This document shows, piece after piece, positions 8,616 to 18,921 of a DNA stretch of 64,000 nt (positions are counted from its first letter, which is position 1; each line of letters opens with the position of its first letter). The notes beneath the pieces were generated by a model that saw only the letters and a list, made by a program, of their open reading frames with translations, did not search any database and was not told where the DNA came from. A program made the position numbers and the translations under genes. The stretch comes from Vulcanimicrobiales bacterium (lineage in GTDB: Bacteria; Vulcanimicrobiota; Vulcanimicrobiia; Vulcanimicrobiales; Vulcanimicrobiaceae): positions 1-64,000 of the forward strand of contig JBBRLI010000002.1 of the NCBI GenBank assembly GCA_038231455.1, given 5' to 3'.

Positions 8616-10916
8616 TTACAAGGGAGCGATAATTCGAAACGTTAGCGATGTACCGGCGGCCCACTGCGAGGTATTGAATCCGTTATTGAACTTGAGTAGA
8701 TATTTGCGATTGGTAAGGTTGGTTATGTCGAGGCCCAGGCCGAGGCGATGCGCCGCGGGCTCGCGCCCAAGTGCGATATCAAACGTTACATGAGGGGGCA
8801 AGCGACCGCCGGTGCCATCGAGGAACTGGACGGGGTAGCCGGTGCCAAATTGCGGTTCGAGCGTCGCGTAGTAGCCCGACGATCCAAATCGCCGTGTGTA
8901 CGCGCCGTTGATCGAGAGCGTTTGATCGTGGTCTTCCGGCTGGAAGCCGCTCGCGTTGATCGCGGCCAGTTGGCTCGGTGGGATGATGAACGTGCCGCCC
9001 GAGATGCCGCTCGCCTCCGAGCTTGATAGGGTCGTCGAAAGGAAGAACGTGTCTCCGTTTACGCGACGACCGTCGAGCCGCGCTTCGACCCCTTCGTCTC
9101 GACCGAGCGTCGAATTATACACCGCGTATATCGGGGTGTTCGCGAGTTGCGTGGTATCGAGTACGTTTGCCACGTTCCGGCGGAAGTAATTTGCGTATCC
9201 GCGCAGGTTTGCACCGAACGTGTGCGCGATGCCCATCTCGTAGTACGAATCGCGTTGCGGTTGAAGATCGTAGACCGGTAAGACACCGGGGCTGTTCAAG
9301 ACGAGTGCGCTTGCATCGCGACGGGTATCTTCAAGCGCCGGCGCCGCGTAATTGCGGCCGTAGTAGAAGTGCACGACGTTGCGGCGGTCCGGCGCGAGGT
9401 TGATTTCGAACCGCGGGCTGATTTGATTGCCGCTGGTAAAGCCGGTCGAGCGGTCATAACGCACGCCCGCATTGAGAGTAAGGGCCGGCGAGGGCGACCA
9501 CTTATCTTGAATGTATGCACCGATCTGCGTCCCGTGTCGGCTTGCGTTGTCGAGAAGATCGGGGGGTGTTCCGTTCGTGATGCGGGAGTCAGAACGGAAG
9601 TTCTCACCCGAATAATCGAAGCCGATTTTGATAGCATGATGATCGCTTGCGCGGAAATTCGCCAGCCGCAGACCGGCGTAACTTGCGGATCGATCCTCGC
9701 GAAGTCCGGTAAGGTTTCCGGTCGGGGCGCCGGTCGCATCGACCGTTGTCGCAAGGACGTCTTGCGCCAGATCACCGGCGTAGACGATCCTGGAATTCCG
9801 AACCCACGGAATGATTTGAAAAAATCCTTGGCCGTCGGTCGCCGTGTGCGTCAATGCAAAGGAGGCCGTCCGATCGTACTCGCGCTGAACGTCATCTGTG
9901 CCCCGCGCACTGATGACCGGGTCGTTCGGACTAAACGTCGTGTTGGTCGGGATCTGAAATGCGGAAAAATTGTTCGAGTAGTTAAACGCAAGCGACGTGT
10001 TCTCGCCGATCGGTTTGAGGATACGCAGAAATTGATCGGCGAGATTCGAGCGATCGTGGTTGGGGACGAACGTCGGCGAATCGAGTCCGCGGCTTGAACG
10101 TGCGTCGCTTGCTCCGACGAACACCCGCGTTGCGCCGAGTGCGAACGATTGTGCAAGACGCATCTCGGCCTCGCCGTAGCTGCCAGCACCCAGCGTAAAT
10201 GTTCCGGACGCGCGCGCGCCAAGGTCGCTCGGACGTTTGGAGACGATATTGACGACTGCGCCCTGACGCGAGCCGCCGAACTCGGCGGGAAATGCTCCCG
10301 TGAAGACCTCGATCGAATCGACGTTGCGCGGATCGACGATCTCGGCAAAGTTGGAACTCGTCGACTGCGGCAGCGGGGCGCCGTCTAGTTCGTAGAGCAG
10401 GCCGTGGAAGCCATGCGCGACGGGTTCGTTATACGAGAATTTTACGACGCCCGGCGCGGTTTCAACGAGCGATGCGAGCGATTCGGGATTTGGCAACACG
10501 GCGATAAGCCCGGCTCCGATCGTATTTTGCGAGACCGGCGTTCCGCTCGCGCCGCGCGAGGTTGCGCTCACGCGGCCGATGACGCGTGCGTCGCTCGTGA
10601 CCGAGAGGGCCACATTGGCGACATCCCCGCTTCCAACGGAGATTTCCAGGGGCGGTGCCGTGCGTCCGTCCGGGATTTTTGCCGCAATGTGATAATCTCC
10701 AAACGGCACGCGGGCGAACGCAAAGCGGCCGTCGCCTTGCGAATCGGTCCCGAGGATGAGCGATCCCCCCGCAAGGGTGACATGTGCGGCGACAGGCCGA
10801 CCATCGAGCGTGACGGTGCCACGAACGAAGCCTACGGTATCAGCGAAGGCCGGCGACATGGTTCCAAGGGCAATGAGTACCGCGCAGGCTAGCTGCGCGA
10901 CAAAACGACGAGACAA
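8616..10916 (-). CDS. TonB-dependent receptor with N-terminal carboxypeptidase-regulatory-like domain
   Basis: Signal peptide; plug (YELDG, TGAFPAEFG, GAVVNIVSK); AYIQDKW, GVRYD, SPRF, NLTNRKY; SD GGAGGA then TTG 10916 (TTG 10928 alternative). Confidence 0.92.
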   Translation of the reverse strand: MSRRFVAQLACAVLIALGTMSPAFADTVGFVRGTVTLDGRPVAAHVTLAGGSLILGTDSQGDGRFAFARVPFGDYHIAAKIPDGRTAPPLEISVGSGDVANVALSVTSDARVIGRVSATSRGASGTPVSQNTIGAGLIAVLPNPESLASLVETAPGVVKFSYNEPVAHGFHGLLYELDGAPLPQSTSSNFAEIVDPRNVDSIEVFTGAFPAEFGGSRQGAVVNIVSKRPSDLGARASGTFTLGAGSYGEAEMRLAQSFALGATRVFVGASDARSSRGLDSPTFVPNHDRSNLADQFLRILKPIGENTSLAFNYSNNFSAFQIPTNTTFSPNDPVISARGTDDVQREYDRTASFALTHTATDGQGFFQIIPWVRNSRIVYAGDLAQDVLATTVDATGAPTGNLTGLREDRSASYAGLRLANFRASDHHAIKIGFDYSGENFRSDSRITNGTPPDLLDNASRHGTQIGAYIQDKWSPSPALTLNAGVRYDRSTGFTSGNQISPRFEINLAPDRRNVVHFYYGRNYAAPALEDTRRDASALVLNSPGVLPVYDLQPQRDSYYEMGIAHTFGANLRGYANYFRRNVANVLDTTQLANTPIYAVYNSTLGRDEGVEARLDGRRVNGDTFFLSTTLSSSEASGISGGTFIIPPSQLAAINASGFQPEDHDQTLSINGAYTRRFGSSGYYATLEPQFGTGYPVQFLDGTGGRLPPHVTFDIALGREPAAHRLGLGLDITNLTNRKYLLKFNNGFNTSQWAAGTSLTFRIIAPL

Positions 10917-10920
10917 ACGA

Positions 10921-10989
10921 TCCTCCAAAATAAAAGCGCAATCGAATCGGCAGTCAAAACTGCCGAGGAACGGTCAGCGCAGCGGAGGA
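10921..10989 (-). promoter_or_regulatory. predicted SD-sequestering structure
   Basis: UCCUCC within the Ala-Pro-Pro codons (10989-10984) is complementary to SD GGAGGA (10926-10921); perfect 8-bp hairpin TCGGCAGT/ACTGCCGA (10947-10966) lies between them. Confidence 0.6.
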
Positions 10990-11567
10990 GCGCGCCCAAG
11001 GCGCGATCCACGGCCGAGACGGCCCGTGTGGAGCGGACGGCGTGCCGCGATGGGAGCAATCTCAACAACTGGTCCGGAGGCCGACAGCAGAACGGCCAGG
11101 AGTCGGACAAAGGCCACGCCGAGGTCGGACATGGCTAGCGTGAGAGCACGGATGGCCAGCGCAAGCACGAGCGAGACGACAAGCATCAGCGCGACGGGAA
11201 GGACGAAATCGGCGAAAAGACCTTGGACCGGGCAACAGCTCTCGAGTCGCTCGACCCCAAAGTACACAGCGACCCCGCTCGTGGCGATCGCAGCGGTGGT
11301 CGCGCCGATCGAGCCGCGTCCAGGAAGTACGTCCAGCAAGCGCCGCGCCACGATCGACCCGGACGCACATGTCCGCGCCTCGCGGGCGATCAGCCACACG
11401 GCCCCGACCGCAAGCCCGATGAGCGCGACCACGGCAAAGCTGACCAGGGCCTCATTGCCCTCGCCGCCCATCGCGTGATCGTCTCCAAACCGGACCTGGT
11501 GTGCCAAAAGCGCGCTCAGGACGGCGAGGGGAACGACCGCAACCCCTCTGCGGATGCCCATGGTCAT
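10974..11567 (-). CDS. multi-pass membrane leader protein with C-terminal RAPP arrest-like motif
   Basis: About 4 TM helices, LLAH...DDH motif, ESCC, basic tail ending GRAPPLR*; directly upstream of the receptor. Confidence 0.8.
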   Translation of the reverse strand: MTMGIRRGVAVVPLAVLSALLAHQVRFGDDHAMGGEGNEALVSFAVVALIGLAVGAVWLIAREARTCASGSIVARRLLDVLPGRGSIGATTAAIATSGVAVYFGVERLESCCPVQGLFADFVLPVALMLVVSLVLALAIRALTLAMSDLGVAFVRLLAVLLSASGPVVEIAPIAARRPLHTGRLGRGSRLGRAPPLR

Positions 11568-11675
11568 TTGATTACTCGGCCCCGAATCTCGTCCCCGGTC
11601 CGCCAATGTCCTCGCAGGTGGGCGGCCCGCCCGGGTGCGAAGATTGCGCGCCCCCCAACCCGCTTCCGGAAAGAT

Positions 11676-12239
11676 GTGGCTCCCGTGCCGACCCCGCGCG
11701 CCCCGTTTGAGTCTGCCGACACGGTCAATTTGATCGTGGCACTCCTCGTGCGCTTTCCGGAGCTCTCGAGTTTACGCTCGCGACCGGCGCTCGGAGCGAT
11801 CACGCTCTCGTATGCCATCGCCGGTGCGCTCACACCGGAAGAACAAACCGCAACAACCGCCTCACTCGTCGACCATATCCGCGCGTTGCTCGACTTCGCT
11901 GATGAGCCGCTCCAGAAGTTGTCGGTCCGCTGCGAGGTCGACGAGACGCTTTCGTTCGTACACGTGACACGCGACGTAAATTCGTTCTCGCGCGAAGAGC
12001 TCTCCTTACATGTCTCGATTTTGACGGAACGGTTCGCCGAGCGGCTCGTCAAAAATGAGACACCCGACGAATCGATCGACGATGATCCGGCCGCACGCGA
12101 CGAGCTGGTGGAGTACGCGATCGACTCGATGCGCGACCCCGCGCAGCAGAAGTCCGTCGTCGGGTTTCGCGAAGAGAAGCGTGTGCTAGTGTACTTCCTC
12201 AAAGCCGGTAAGAACGGCAAGGCTCGGGCGCGATCGTAA
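11676..12239 (+). CDS. hypothetical protein (first gene of the ymdB-spoVS block)
   Basis: Protein-like composition (VNLIVALLVRFPE...VVGFREEKRVLVYF); start uncertain. Confidence 0.7.
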   Translation: MAPVPTPRAPFESADTVNLIVALLVRFPELSSLRSRPALGAITLSYAIAGALTPEEQTATTASLVDHIRALLDFADEPLQKLSVRCEVDETLSFVHVTRDVNSFSREELSLHVSILTERFAERLVKNETPDESIDDDPAARDELVEYAIDSMRDPAQQKSVVGFREEKRVLVYFLKAGKNGKARARS

Positions 12240-12247
12240 AATCCGCA

Positions 12248-13033
12248 ATCAACGTTCTGATCATCGGCGACGTCATGGGGTCGCCGGGACGGGACGTTCT
12301 CAAAACGCATCTTGCGCTCGTCCGCGAGCAGCATCACATTGACGCATGCCTTGCTAACGGCGAGAACGCTGCCGGCGGATTCGGACTGACCGTGCAAACA
12401 GCGGATGACATGTTTGCAGCGGGTGTCGACTTCATCACCAGCGGCAATCACATCTGGGACAAGAAAGAATTTCGCCCGCATTTAGATGAGACCGACCGCA
12501 TCGTGCGGCCCGCGAACTACCCGCCGGGCTCGCCCGGTCGCGGCAGCGGCATCTTCGAGGTCGAAGGCGTTCTCATCGGTGTGCTCAACCTGATGGGCCG
12601 CGTTTTCATGCCGACGGTGGACGATCCATTCCGCATCGGTAAGGAGCTCGTCGACGATTTGCGGGCAACGACCGACATCATCTTTGTCGATGTCCACGCG
12701 GAGGCTACGTCTGAAAAGATGGCCCTTGGGCGATTTTTCGACGGCAAAGTCTCGTGTGTATACGGAACTCACACCCACGTCCAAACTTCGGATGAGACAA
12801 TCTTGAGCGGAGGCACCGCCTACCTGACCGACGTCGGGATGACCGGTCCGTCCGACGGTGTCATCGGCATGGAGACCAAAGCCGTATTAGATCGCTTCAC
12901 AAGTGCGACCTCAGAACGGTTCAGTGTGGTCAAAGACGGCAATAAGCAATTGTGCGCGGCCGTCGTGTCGATCGATACGGCGAGCGGCCGGGCCCTCGAC
13001 ATCAAACGCATCAATCTCCGAGGCCTCGCATGA
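12248..13033 (+). CDS. ymdB: YmdB-family metallophosphoesterase (TIGR00282-like)
   Basis: IGDVMG.PGR, NGENAAGGFG, TSGNHIWD, RPANYP, DVHAEATSEK, GTHTHVQT, TDVGMTGP; the conserved N-terminus begins upstream of the first ATG. Confidence 0.93.
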   Translation: MNVLIIGDVMGSPGRDVLKTHLALVREQHHIDACLANGENAAGGFGLTVQTADDMFAAGVDFITSGNHIWDKKEFRPHLDETDRIVRPANYPPGSPGRGSGIFEVEGVLIGVLNLMGRVFMPTVDDPFRIGKELVDDLRATTDIIFVDVHAEATSEKMALGRFFDGKVSCVYGTHTHVQTSDETILSGGTAYLTDVGMTGPSDGVIGMETKAVLDRFTSATSERFSVVKDGNKQLCAAVVSIDTASGRALDIKRINLRGLA

Positions 13034-13353
13034 TCGATCCCCCGAGGACGCCCGCAACGAGCGTCCTCAAAGTGTCCGCTCATTCAAATCCGAATTCCGT
13101 CGCCGGCGCTCTCGCCGGCGTTTTGCGCGAACGGCCGGGGGCGGAGCTCCAAGCAATCGGCGCCGGGGCGACGAACCAAGCCGTGAAAGCCATTGCGATC
13201 GCGCGCAGCTATCTGCGGTCGAGCGGCGTGGATCTGGTTTGTATCCCGGAGTTTACCGACGTGGAAATTGAAGGCAACGTACGCACGGCGATTCGGCTGC
13301 TGGTCGAACGACGCGCTCTGCCGCCCGCGCCAGACCCGGTGGAACCGGTTTGA
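13030..13353 (+). CDS. spoVS: stage V sporulation protein S family
   Basis: VLKVSAHSNPNSVAGALAG...QAIGAGATNQAVKAIAIAR. Confidence 0.95.
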   Translation: MIDPPRTPATSVLKVSAHSNPNSVAGALAGVLRERPGAELQAIGAGATNQAVKAIAIARSYLRSSGVDLVCIPEFTDVEIEGNVRTAIRLLVERRALPPAPDPVEPV

Positions 13354-14153
13354 TCGTCGATTTTCATAGCCATACCTTCGAGAGCGATGGATCGCTCAGC
13401 CCCGCCGACTTGATCGCCGCGATGCGCAAGCGCGGGGTGAGCATGTTCTCGATCACCGATCACGACACGATCCAAGCCTACGCCTCGATTGGCGAAGTCG
13501 AAGGCGCGAAAATTATCCCCGGGATCGAGATCAATACAACGTGGCAGGGCAGCGAAGTCCACATCCTCGGCTACGGTTTGCCGCTCGATGAATCGCCCCT
13601 CACCGCGACATTGGAGAAGAACCGCGGCGAGCGCCGCACGCGTGTCGAGCGGATGGTCGCGGGTTTGACCAAGGCCGGCTACCCGATTACCTACGACGAT
13701 GTGGTCGCCGAATCCAAAGGCGGCGTATCGCTTGGACGGCCGCACGTCGCCAAAGCCCTTATGCGCAAGAAGTACATCAAAGATGTGGAGTCGGCGTTCC
13801 GGTCGCTGCTCGCGCGCGGCGGTCCGGGTTACCAGCCCTCTCTTTATATAACGCCATATGAGGCGATCGACGTGATCGCGCGCAGCGGTGGTGTGCCGGT
13901 GCTCGCGCACCCGGGACGCCTCAAAGACGATGCCATCATCGATGACCTCGTGATGCGCGGCCTCCAAGGCATCGAAGTCTTTTACGGCACGCACACGCCA
14001 TCGCAGGTGTCGCGCTACCGCGGGATCGCGGCGCGCCACGGACTCGTCATGACCGCGGGGTCCGATTTTCACGACATTCGCTACAATGCGAAGGGTGTGG
14101 GAATGGATGTCGACGAGGACGACCTGCGCCCATTCCTCGAACTTGTCGCTTAG
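13350..14153 (+). CDS. PHP-domain metal-dependent phosphoesterase
   Basis: DFHSHT..SDG, ITDHDT, GIEIN, EVHILGY, GRPHVA, LAHPG, GSDFH. Confidence 0.93.
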   Translation: MIVDFHSHTFESDGSLSPADLIAAMRKRGVSMFSITDHDTIQAYASIGEVEGAKIIPGIEINTTWQGSEVHILGYGLPLDESPLTATLEKNRGERRTRVERMVAGLTKAGYPITYDDVVAESKGGVSLGRPHVAKALMRKKYIKDVESAFRSLLARGGPGYQPSLYITPYEAIDVIARSGGVPVLAHPGRLKDDAIIDDLVMRGLQGIEVFYGTHTPSQVSRYRGIAARHGLVMTAGSDFHDIRYNAKGVGMDVDEDDLRPFLELVA

Positions 14154-14181
14154 CACATCTCTTTTAAGGAAGCAGCACACC

Positions 14182-14421
14182 ATGACCGATCAAGAAGTTC
14201 AGCCCTACATCGGAAAAGCGGTGCGCGTCACCCTCGCCGATGGCCGCATTCTCGCGGGCACCCTGCATCTCGATGATGGCCATGGCCACGGCCACGCGCA
14301 CTACGCCGTCGTCTCCGACCCGATCCAAAAGGGCGGCGAAAAAGTCATGGAGATGATTCACGGCGCGGCACCGATCGCCCAAATCGAAGACGCCTCGAAC
14401 GATCCGGCCGCGGTTGAGTAG
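14182..14421 (+). CDS. small Sm/LSm-fold-like protein with His-rich loop
   Basis: YIGKAVRVTLADGRILAGTL resembles the Sm1 motif; loop DGHGHGHAH; SD AAGGA. Confidence 0.6.
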   Translation: MTDQEVQPYIGKAVRVTLADGRILAGTLHLDDGHGHGHAHYAVVSDPIQKGGEKVMEMIHGAAPIAQIEDASNDPAAVE

Positions 14422-16402
14422 ACAATTCTCTTGGATGGTGGCCGCGGCGTTTGCCGCGGTCGCCGCCCTTCCGGCTAGCGCCGCTCCGCCGGCGATCGAC
14501 GAAACGCAAGTCGCGCTTGCAAAGATTCACCAGTTCAGTAACGTCGCGATCAGCCCCGACGGCAAACGCGTCGCCTACCACGAGAGCTACGACACGATCG
14601 GTCCCGACGGCAAACCGCAAAAACGCTCGGCACTCTTTATCAGAGATGCCGATGTTTCCACGCCCTCGGTTCGCGTGACCGCGTGCGTCGGCGTCGACGT
14701 TGTCTGTACCGAGACGGGATTCGTCTGGGCGCCCGATGGCGTGCGCTACGCGTTTCTTTCAACCGAACCCAAAGGCGAACAAGCGCAAATCTACATTGGC
14801 GGCGATGGTGCGGCACCGCATAAAGTCACCGATGTCAAAGGCGATCTGCACGACGTCCGCTTTTCACCGGACGGTAAGTCGCTGGCGTTTCTCTTTATTC
14901 CCGATGCAAAGAAACCGGCGGGCGCGCTTGCTGCTTACGCGCGCGATGCCGGTGTCGTGGGAGAAAAGATCGACGAACAGCGCATTGCGCTTCTCACGAT
15001 CGACGCTGGTACGCTGCGGTTAGTCTCACCCGGCGATCGCTTCATCTATGAATATGACTGGTCGCCCGACGGCACGAAGTTTGCTGCGACCGCCGCCAAA
15101 GGCGATGGCGATGCGAACTGGTGGGTCGCGGATCTCGAATCGATCGACGCGCGTACGGGTACGGCGCGTTCGATCCACCATCCGGCGCTGCAGATCGCAT
15201 CACCGCGTTTCTCGGCCGACGGCAAATCCATCGCGTACATCGGCGGCATCATGTCGGACTTCGGTTCGACGGGCGGCGATTTGTTCGTCGTGCCCGCGAG
15301 CGGCGGTCCCGCCATTAATATCACGCCACGCATCAAAGCATCGATCACGTCCTTTACATGGAATCACCGCTCCGACCGCATCACGCTGACAGAACTCATC
15401 GGCGGCAATATGGCGATCGCGGATCTCGACGTCGCGGCGAAATCCGCAACGACGCGCTGGACGGCGGCCGAAAACATCGCTGCAAACGCGGATAGTGCGG
15501 TGAGTCTCGCGCGCGACGGTTCCGCATCGGCGCTCGTACGCCAGTCATACGATATGGCCCCCGAAGTTTACGCGGGTCCGGTCGGGACGTGGCGTGCGCT
15601 TACCAATTCGAATCTTACCGTGCGCCCCGTTTGGGGCGTTGCCAAGAACGTCGAGTGGAAGAGCGATGCGCTTAACGTTCAAGGTTGGCTGCTCTATCCC
15701 AAAGACTACAACGCTGCGCAGCGCTATCCGATGATCACGCTCGTGCACGGCGGTCCCTCTGCTGCGACACGTGCGAGTTTCCCGGCCGGTGTCTCAGGTC
15801 TGCTTGCATCGCAAGGCTACTTCGTATTCATGCCCAACCCGCGCGGAAGTTACGGCCAAGGCGAAGCGTTCACGCGCGGCAACGTGCGCGACTTCGGCGG
15901 CGGCGATCTGCGCGATATTCTTGCCGGTGTGAAAGCCGCCGAGAAGATCGTCCCGATCGACGATGCGCGTGTCGGCATTTATGGCTGGAGTTACGGCGGC
16001 TACATGACGATGTTTGCAATCACGCAAACACAGCGCTTCAAAGCCGCCGTCGCTGGCGCCGGTATCGCAAATTGGCAAAGCTACTACGGACAAAATCGGA
16101 TCGACACGTGGATGCTGCCGTTCTTCGGCTCATCCGTCTACATCGATCCGCCGGTGTATGCAAAGAGTTCGCCGATCACGTTCATCAAGAACGTGAAGAC
16201 GCCGACGCTCGTGCTCCACGGCGAACGCGACTCCGAGGTTCCGGCACCGCAAGGCTACGAATTTTGGCGCGCCCTCAAAGCCTTCGACGTGCCGACGCAG
16301 CTCGTGATCTACCCGGATGAAGGCCACGGCTTCCGGAAAATCGAGGATCAACGCGACCGCGACAAGCGGATCGTCGGTTGGTTCGACCAGTACCTCAAGT
16401 AA
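14414..16402 (+). CDS. S9 family peptidase (acylaminoacyl/dipeptidyl aminopeptidase-like)
   Basis: Signal peptide, SPDG propeller repeats, VHGGP, NPRGS.G.G, GWSYGG, HGERD, EGHG. Confidence 0.95.
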   Translation: MSRQFSWMVAAAFAAVAALPASAAPPAIDETQVALAKIHQFSNVAISPDGKRVAYHESYDTIGPDGKPQKRSALFIRDADVSTPSVRVTACVGVDVVCTETGFVWAPDGVRYAFLSTEPKGEQAQIYIGGDGAAPHKVTDVKGDLHDVRFSPDGKSLAFLFIPDAKKPAGALAAYARDAGVVGEKIDEQRIALLTIDAGTLRLVSPGDRFIYEYDWSPDGTKFAATAAKGDGDANWWVADLESIDARTGTARSIHHPALQIASPRFSADGKSIAYIGGIMSDFGSTGGDLFVVPASGGPAINITPRIKASITSFTWNHRSDRITLTELIGGNMAIADLDVAAKSATTRWTAAENIAANADSAVSLARDGSASALVRQSYDMAPEVYAGPVGTWRALTNSNLTVRPVWGVAKNVEWKSDALNVQGWLLYPKDYNAAQRYPMITLVHGGPSAATRASFPAGVSGLLASQGYFVFMPNPRGSYGQGEAFTRGNVRDFGGGDLRDILAGVKAAEKIVPIDDARVGIYGWSYGGYMTMFAITQTQRFKAAVAGAGIANWQSYYGQNRIDTWMLPFFGSSVYIDPPVYAKSSPITFIKNVKTPTLVLHGERDSEVPAPQGYEFWRALKAFDVPTQLVIYPDEGHGFRKIEDQRDRDKRIVGWFDQYLK

Positions 16403-16419
16403 CCGAGAAGTGTAAAGAG

Positions 16420-16464
16420 ATGACAGAGACCGCGCGGATGTGCGCCCGGTCTCTGTCGTTTTTT
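16420..16464 (+). terminator. intrinsic terminator
   Basis: GACAGAGACCG/CGGTCTCTGTC stem followed by a T-run. Confidence 0.85.
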
Positions 16465-16489
16465 CTTACAAAGGTGTTACCTTTGTGGC

Positions 16490-16867
16490 ATGATTCGCAC
16501 TGCTGCGTTGACCCTGGCGCTTTTTCTGGGGATTTGCGCGTCGGTCCAAGCCGCACAGAAGAACTACCTGAGCCTCGACTCGGGCGGCTCGTTCTACGTG
16601 ACGGCAGCCTCGATCGCCGGTGGATCGCCGGCGAGCATCATCACGATTCGCTGCGAACCGAAGGTCTGCGGCGCGCCCTTTTCCGGTTGGTTCGAGAAGA
16701 ACCGCGTGTTCGCGCATGGCAAACTCGTGTACGGCGGGCAGTCACTTTCGCTTGAGGACGTGCGGTTTTTCGAATTGCACCGCACGCCCGGCTCGATCGA
16801 AGTCGTCTTGCACGTTACGCGCGTCAATCAGACCGGCGTCCAGAACGGCGTCGACGCGCAGTTTTAG
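16490..16867 (+). CDS. hypothetical exported protein
   Basis: Signal peptide ending VQA-A; no family recognised. Confidence 0.6.
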   Translation: MIRTAALTLALFLGICASVQAAQKNYLSLDSGGSFYVTAASIAGGSPASIITIRCEPKVCGAPFSGWFEKNRVFAHGKLVYGGQSLSLEDVRFFELHRTPGSIEVVLHVTRVNQTGVQNGVDAQF

Positions 16868-16870
16868 CGG

Positions 16871-17488
16871 CTATCGAATTGCTGCGCTGACGCGCTCGCG
16901 GACGCGCGCGGCAATCGCGGGCGCATCGCGTTCGGCATCGTCGAGAACGCGCGCGTGCTGCGCGACGAGTTCGCCATTCTTGAGGTATTTGTGGTTCACG
17001 CGCACGTTGAGCGCGCTTGCGTCGATTGCGGCGATCGCGAAGTCTGAGGCGCAGCCAAGGTCGCTTGCGAGGTTCACGTTCTCGAGATCCAGCGCGCGTT
17101 CGCTCAGTGCAAGAAGCTGCACGCCAAGATGGACGGCCGCGAGCGGCGCAGCCGCAGCTTGAGCGAGCGAGTCTTGCAGGCGCGCCGTGCGGACGGCTTT
17201 TTCTTCGTCGGTCGCGCGCGGGAGTGCCATCGCCGTGACGACTGCACCGTATGCGTTTTCATCGAGCGTCCGTGCTTCGAGGAATCGTGCGCGCAACGTC
17301 TCCGCCTCGGCAATACAGGCATCGGCCAGGGCATGTCGCTCACTTTGCTTTGGACTCTCGCGGGTGATCCGAGCCACCATTGCCACGAGGGCTGCTCCCA
17401 TCGCCCCGCAGAGGGCTGCGGCGCTGCCGCCGCCGGGTGTTGGAGCGGCGGATGCCAGCCGATTGAGGTAATCATCGAAGTCGAGCAC
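16871..17488 (-). CDS. cyclodeaminase/cyclohydrolase (FTCD C-terminal) family protein
   Basis: LASAAPTPGGGSAAA..GA.GAALV.MV, NLASD, A.LNV.VN. Confidence 0.9.
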   Translation of the reverse strand: MLDFDDYLNRLASAAPTPGGGSAAALCGAMGAALVAMVARITRESPKQSERHALADACIAEAETLRARFLEARTLDENAYGAVVTAMALPRATDEEKAVRTARLQDSLAQAAAAPLAAVHLGVQLLALSERALDLENVNLASDLGCASDFAIAAIDASALNVRVNHKYLKNGELVAQHARVLDDAERDAPAIAARVRERVSAAIR

Positions 17489-17562
17489 GAGCCGCGCTTC
17501 AGCCAGCTGAAACCGGAAGCCTGGCTCAAGGCGTCGAAGAATACTGGTGCGGCCGTTTATAG

Positions 17563-18918
<1,356 letters not shown>

Positions 18919-18921
18919 ATC

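Noticed and set aside
11564-14183. Long antisense ORFs (e.g. 11564-12481, 13209-14183 and similar elsewhere)
   Set aside because: Shadow ORFs of real genes in high-GC DNA, with no motifs
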